A DNA stretch of 64,000 nt, taken from assembly GCA_009914755.4 (NCBI GenBank), contig CP086569.2:42304001-42368000 (forward strand), written 5' to 3'. Within the stretch, counting starts at the first letter, position 1. Each line of letters opens with the position of its first letter. A program made the position numbers and the translations under genes. The notes beneath the pieces are model-generated. The model saw only the letters and a program-made list of their open reading frames with translations. It had not been told where the DNA came from and did not search any database. Source of the stretch: the human T2T-CHM13v2.0 reference genome, Homo sapiens. This document shows, piece after piece, positions 58,401-64,000 of this stretch.

Positions 58401-61400
58401 ATGCATTGGAATGGAATGTCCTCTAATGGAATGGATTCGAGTGGAATGGAATCGAATATAATGGAGTCGAATGAAATGGAATTGAAAGGAATGGGATCGA
58501 ATAGAATGGAATATACTGGAATGTAATGTAATGAACTCGAATGTAATTGACTGGAATGGAATGTACATGAATGGAAGGTAATCGAATGGAAAGTAATCCA
58601 ATGGAATAGAATCTAATGCAATAAAACCGACTCAGATAGAGTAGAATGTAATGGAATGGAGTGCAGTGCAATGGAATGGAATGGAATTGAATGCAATGGA
58701 ATGGAATGGAATGGAATGGAATGGAATGGAATGGAATGGAATGGGATGGAATGGTATGGAATGGATAGTAATGGACTGGAGTGAAATGGACTGGAAAGGA
58801 ATGGACTCAAATTGAAAGGGCTCGAAAGGAATGGTGTCAAATGGAATGGTCTGGAATGGAATGAACACGAATGTAATGCAGTCCAATAGAATGGAATCGA
58901 ATGGCATGGAATATAAAGAAATGGATTCGAAGAGAATGGAAACAAATGGAATGGAATTGAATGGAATGGAATTGAATGGAATGGGAACGAATGGAGTGAA
59001 ATTTTATGCAGTAGAAGGGAATAGAATGGAATGCAAGCGAAAGGAAAGGAATGGATTGGAATGGAATGGAATTCATTGGAATGGAAGGGAATGTAGTGTA
59101 ACGGACAGGCCTGGAATAAAGTGGAATGCTACGGTCTCGAATGGAATAAAAATGTATGGAATGGAATGCAATGAAACGGAATCGAATGTCATAGAATGTA
59201 ATGGAATGCAAAAAAATGGAATCCAAAATCATTGACTGGAAAGGCTGGGTGTCGAAAGGAATTGACTCCAATGGAATGGAATCGAATGGAATGGAAGTGA
59301 ATAGAATCGAACTAAATCGAATGGAATGGAATTGATAGGAACGGAATGGAAAGGAATGCAATGATTTGGCATGGAATGGAATCGAATGGCATCGAATGGA
59401 ATGGAATGGAATGGAATGCAATGGAATGGAATGTATTAGAATGTAATGAACTTTAATGGAATGTACTCGAATGGATTCGACTGGAATGGAACGTTCTGGA
59501 AGTGAATGGACTCCAATGGAATGGATTCAAAAGGAATGGAATTGTACGGAATGGAATCTAATGGAATGGAATTAAATGGAAATGAATCAAATTGAATAGC
59601 ACGGAATTGAATTGAATGGAATGGAATGCAATGGAATCTAATGAAACGGAAAGGAAAGGAATGGAATGGAATGGAATGGGCTGGAATGGAAAGGAATCGA
59701 AACGAATGGAATGGAATCGAACTGAAGAGACTGGAATGGAATGCACTGGAATGGAAGGGAGTGTAATGGAAGGTTCTCGAAAAAAATGGAATGGAATGGA
59801 ATGGAATTGAATGGAACGGAATAGAGTCGAATGGAATTGAATGGAATGGAATGGACTAGAGTGAAATGGAATCGAACCACAAGGAATGGACAGGAATAGA
59901 ATGGTCTCGAATTGAATGGAATCGTATGGAATGGCATCAAACGGAATGGAATGGACAGCCACGGAATGGAATGCACTCGAATGCAATGGAGTCGAAACTA
60001 ATGGACTGGAATAGAATGGACTCGACTGGTACGGACTCCAATGGAATGGAATCGAATGGAAGGGAATCGAACGGAATGGACTCGAAGGGAAAAGACTGCA
60101 ATGGAAAGGTCTCGAATGGAATGGAAATTAATGGAATGGAATGGAATCGAATGAAATGGAGTCAAAAGGAATGGAATCGAATGGCAAGAAATTGAATGTA
60201 ATGGAATCGCAAGGAATTGATGTGAACGGAACGGAATGGAATGGAATCCAAAGGAATGGAATAGAATGGAATGGAATCGAATGGAAAGGACTCGAATGGA
60301 AATCACTCGAATAGAATGCAATTTAATAAAATAGGATCAAATGTAATGGAATGGAATGGAAAGGAATCGAAACGAAAGGAATGGAGACAGTTGGAATGGA
60401 ATAGAACAGCGAGCAATGGTATAGAATGGAATGGAATCATCTGGAATGGAATTGAATGGAATGGAATAATATGAAATGGAATGGAATGGAATGGAATGGA
60501 ATGCCCTTGAATTAAATGGACTGGAATGGAATGGACTCGAACAGAGTGGAATGGAAAGTGTTGAGATAGAATGGAATGGACTCCTTTGGAATGGTGTAGT
60601 ATGCAATGCAATCGACTGGCAGGGAATCAAATGGAATGTAATCGAATGGATTGGACTGGAATGCAATGGACTCGAATAGATTGCAAACGGAATGCAAAGG
60701 AATGGAATGGAATAGTATGGAATGGAATGGAAAGGAATGGAGTGGAATAGACTAGAGTGGAATGGAATGGACTGGAAAGCAATGGACTGGAATGGAACTT
60801 TCTTGAATGGACTGGAATCAAACGGAATGGAATGCAATGCAATCAAATGGCATGGAATAAAATAGAATGAAAGAGAATCAAATGGAATTGAATCGAATGG
60901 AATCGAATGGATTGGAAAGGAATAGAATGGAATGGAATGGAATTGACTCAAATGGAATGGATTCGAATGGAAGGCAAAGGAATGGAATCTATTGGAATGG
61001 ACTGTAATGGAATGGAATGGAAGGGATTGGAATGGACTCGAATGGAATGGACTGCAATAGAAAGGATTCGAATGGAATGAAAAAGAATTGAATGGAATAG
61101 AACAGAATGGAATCAAATCGAATGAAATGGAATGGAATAGAAAGGAATGGAATGAAATGGAATGGAAAGGATTCGAATGGAATGCAATCGAATGGAATGG
61201 AATCGAACGGAATGGAATAAAATGGAAGAAAACTGGCAAGAAATGGAATCGAAATGAATGGAGTGTTATGGAACGGACTCAAAAGGAATTGAATGTAATA
61301 GAATGGAGTGGAGTGGACTCGAATATAATGGACTGGAATGGAATGAAATCACATGGAATGGGAACGAATGGAATGGAATGGAAAGGAATGGAATCGAATG

Positions 61401-61480
61401 GAAAGGAATCGAATGGAAGGGAATGAAATTGAATCAACAGGAATGGAAGGGAATAGAATAGACGGTAATGGAATGGACTC
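56922..61480. repeat. Aberrant HOR copy U17 (4559 bp) with an extra 1000 bp (200 pentamers)
   Basis: Anchor at 56922 and the next at 61481. Unit offsets ~480-1480 occur twice, at 57401-58400 and 58401-59400. The second occurrence is identical to U16 rather than to the first. Confidence 0.75.
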
Positions 61481-62959
61481 GAATAGAATGGACACGAATG
61501 CTCAAATTGAATGGACTCGAATGGAATGGAAACGAAAGGAATGTCATCGAATGGAATTGAATCGATTGGAATGAAATCGCATAGAATGGAGTGGAATCAA
61601 ATGGAATTGAATCGAAAGGAAAGGAAGCGAATGGACTGAAATGAAATGGAATGGAATTGAATGGAAAGTAATGCAATGGAATAGAATGGAACGAAATTTC
61701 ACGGAATGGAATCAAACTGAATGGAATCAAATCAATGGAATCAAATCAAATGGAATGGAAAGGAATTGAATGGAGTAGATTGGATTGGATGGGATTGGAA
61801 TGAAATGTACTGGAAAGGACTCGAATTTCATGAAACGGAATGGAATGAATTGGAACGGAATGGACTCGAATGGAATGGAATGTCATGGAATGGCATCAAA
61901 TGGAATGGCATCAAATGGAATGGAATCGAATGCAATGGAATGCTATGGAATGGAATGGAATGCATTGGAATGGAATGTCCTCTAATGGAATGGATTCGAG
62001 TGGAATGGAATCGAATATAATGGAGTCGAATGAAATGGAATTGAAAGGAATGGGATCGAATACAATGGAATATACTGGAATGTAATGTAATGAACTCGAA
62101 TGTAATTGACTGGAATGGAATGTACGTGAATGGAATATAATCGAATGGAAAGTAATCCAATGGAATAGAATCTAATGCAATAAAATCGACTCAGATAGAG
62201 TAGAATGTAATGGAAAGGAGTGCAGTGCAATGGAATGGAATGGAATGGAATGCAATTGAATGGAATGGAATGGAATGGAATGGAATGGAATGGGATGGAA
62301 TGGTATGGAATGGATAGTAATGGACTGGAGTGAAATGGACTGGAAAGGAATATACTCAAATTGAAAGGGCTCGAAAGGAATGCAGTCAAATGGAATGGAC
62401 TGGAATGGAATGAACACGAATGTAATGCAATCCAATAGAATGGAATCGAATGGCATGGAATATAAAGAAATGGAATCGGAGAGAATGGAAACAAATGGAA
62501 TGGAAATGAATGGAATGGAATTGAATGGAATGGGAACGAATGGAGTGAAATTGTATGCAGTAGAAGGGAATAGAATGGAATGCAAGCGAAAGGAAAGGAA
62601 TGGATTGGAATGGAATGGAATTCATTGGAATGGAAGGGAATGTAGTGTAATGGACAGGCCTGGAATAAAGTGGAATGCTACGGTCTCGAATGGAATAAAA
62701 ATGTATGGAATGGAATGCAATGAAATGGAATCGAATGTCATAGAATGTAATGGAATGCAACAAAATGGAATCCAATATCATTGACTGGAAAGGCTGGGTG
62801 TCGAAAGGAATTGACTCCAATGGAATGGAATCGAATGGAATGGAAGTGAATAGAATCGAACTAAATCGAATGGAATGGAATTGATAGGAACGGAATGGAA
62901 AGGAATGCAATGATTTGGCATGGAATGGAATCGAATGTCATCGAATGGAATGGAATGGA
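58401..62959. repeat. 4559-bp tandem duplication, copy 2
   Basis: See copy 1. The proximal junction sits at ~58400 inside 'gaatggaatggaatgca|ttgg'. Canonical sequence resumes at ~62960. Confidence 0.7.
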
Positions 62960-64000
62960 ATGCAATGGAATGGAATGTATTAGAATGTAATGAACTTTAA
63001 TGGAATGTACTCGAATGGATTCGACTGGAATGGAATGTTCTGGAAGTGAATGGACTCCAATGGAATGGATTCAAAAGGAATGGAATCGTACGGAATGGAA
63101 TCTAATGGAATGGAATTAAATGGAAATGAATCAAATTGAATAGCACGGAATTGAATTGAATGGAATGGAATGCAATGGAATCTAATGAAACGGAAAGGAA
63201 AGGAATGGAATGGAATGGAATGGGCTGGAATGGAAAGGAATCGAAACGAATGGAATGGAATCGAACTGAAGAGACTGGAATGGAATGCACTGGAATGGAA
63301 GGGAGTGTAATGGAAGGTTCTCGAAAAAAATGGAATCGAATGGAATGGAATTGAATGGAACGGAATAGAGTCGAATGGAATTGAATGGAATGGAATGGAC
63401 TAGAGTGAAATGGAATCGAACCACAAGGAATGGAGATGAATAGAATGGTCTCGAATTGAATGGAATCGTATGGAATGGCATCAAACGGAATGGAATGGAC
63501 AGCCACGGAATGGAATGCACTCGAATGCAATGGAGTCGAAACTAATGGACTGGAATAGAATGGACTCGACTGGTACGGACTCCAATGGAATGGAATCGAA
63601 TGGAAGGGAATCGAACGGAATGGACTCGAAGGGAAAAGACTGCAATGGAAAGGTCTCGAATGGAATGGAAATTAATGGAATGGAATGGAATCGAATGAAA
63701 TGGAGTCAAAAGGAATGGAATCGAATGGCAAGAAATCGAATGTAATGGAATCGCAAGGAATTGATGTGAACGGAACGGAATGGAATGGAATCCAAAGGAA
63801 TGGAATAGAATGGAATGGAATCGAATGGAAAGGACTCGAATGGAAATCACTCGAATAGAATGCAATTTAATAAAATAGGATCAAATGTAATGGAATGGAA
63901 TGGAAAGGAATCGAAACGAAAGGAATGGAGACAGATGGAATGGAATGGAACAGAGAGCAATGGTATAGAATGGAATGGAATCATCTGGAATGGAATTGAA
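61481..64000. repeat. HOR copy U18 (partial, 2520 bp in window), beta
   Basis: Anchor at 61481. Beta diagnostic at ~63321. Truncated by the window end. Confidence 0.8.

Larger units (their letters stand above)
1..64000. repeat. DYZ1: Human satellite III (HSat3) (GGAAT)n tandem array with a ~3.56-kb higher-order repeat, 17 full + 1 partial copies; candidate DYZ1 (Yq12 heterochromatin)
   Basis: Almost every 5-mer on the + strand is ggaat or a 1-substitution derivative (cgaat, tgaat, gcaat, ggaac, gggat, ggact and so on). Identical stop-free ORF translations recur every 3524-3574 bp. The anchor motif gaatagaatggacacgaatgctcaaatt recurs 18 times. EcoRI and HaeIII each cut once per unit. Confidence that this is an HSat3 HOR array is ~0.9. 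Confidence in the DYZ1 assignment specifically is ~0.55. Confidence 0.85.

Noticed and set aside
56922-61480. Treating the 4559-bp unit as evidence of a distinct second satellite family, such as a DYZ2-like unit
   Set aside because: Its sequence is entirely DYZ1-like. The extra 1000 bp is an internal duplicate of unit offsets ~480-1480 (see findings). DYZ2/HSat1B would be AT-rich with a ~2.4-kb period and would not be pentameric.
1-64000. Hundreds of 60-317-aa ORFs on both strands (for example 2416..3333 at 305 aa and 18680..19633 at 317 aa) that look like a large family of paralogous repeat proteins (MEWNGMEWNG..., IPFHSIPFHS...)
   Set aside because: They are exact frame translations of the 5-bp repeat. 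GGAAT has no stop codon in the GGA-ATG-GAA-TGG-AAT frame cycle, and ATTCC has none in ATT-CCA-TTC-CAT-TCC. ORF ends coincide with sporadic variant monomers. The ORFs overlap each other in all frames and both strands. Their 'Met' starts are the ATG inside GGAATGG. There are no RBS or Kozak context, no codon-usage signal and no conserved domains. They are not CDS.
1-64000. Regular short direct repeats, which could suggest a CRISPR array
   Set aside because: The repeats are contiguous 5-bp monomers with no unique spacers and no 25-50-bp repeat/spacer alternation. There are no cas-like ORFs. Eukaryotic satellite architecture explains everything seen.
1-64000. Alpha-satellite or centromeric CENP-B-box array
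   Set aside because: There is no 171-bp monomer periodicity and no CENP-B box-like 17-mer. The base unit is 5 bp with a 3.56-kb HOR, which marks HSat2/3-type pericentromeric or Yq satellite, not alpha satellite.
1-64000. Telomeric or subtelomeric repeat
   Set aside because: The repeat is GGAAT, not TTAGGG or CCCTAA. No telomere-like hexamers are present.

Overview
The whole 64-kb window is a single tandem satellite array with no unique sequence. The + strand is built from GGAAT-derived 5-bp monomers (the human satellite III / HSat3 '(GGAAT)n = (ATTCC)n' family). These are organised into a higher-order repeat (HOR) of about 3.56 kb. I count 17 complete copies plus one partial copy, with unit lengths of 3524-3574 bp and one aberrant 4559-bp unit. 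A GGAAT satellite with a 3.56-kb HOR and one EcoRI (GAATTC) and one HaeIII (GGCC) site per unit matches the classical male-specific DYZ1 repeat of human Yq12. I cannot confirm that assignment without a database search. I find no protein-coding genes, RNA genes, CRISPR arrays, transposon insertions or any other non-satellite system. Every ORF in the supplied track is a stop-free translation of the pentamer repeat and is an artefact: on + the frames read ...NGMEW..., on - they read ...IPFHS.... The interesting content is array architecture. (1) There are two HOR haplotypes arranged in blocks, with alpha in U1 and U4-U9 and beta in U2-U3 and U10-U18. (2) There are three large near-identical intra-array duplications that are out of phase with the HOR. 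One is a 4559-bp tandem duplication whose junction lies in a shared (GGAAT)nGCA tract. (3) A hypervariable pure (GGAAT)n tract in each unit explains most of the unit-length variation. (4) Individual units have lost or gained the diagnostic restriction sites. All coordinates and identities were judged by eye and from identity of the recurring ORF-track translations. Breakpoints are about +/-20 bp.
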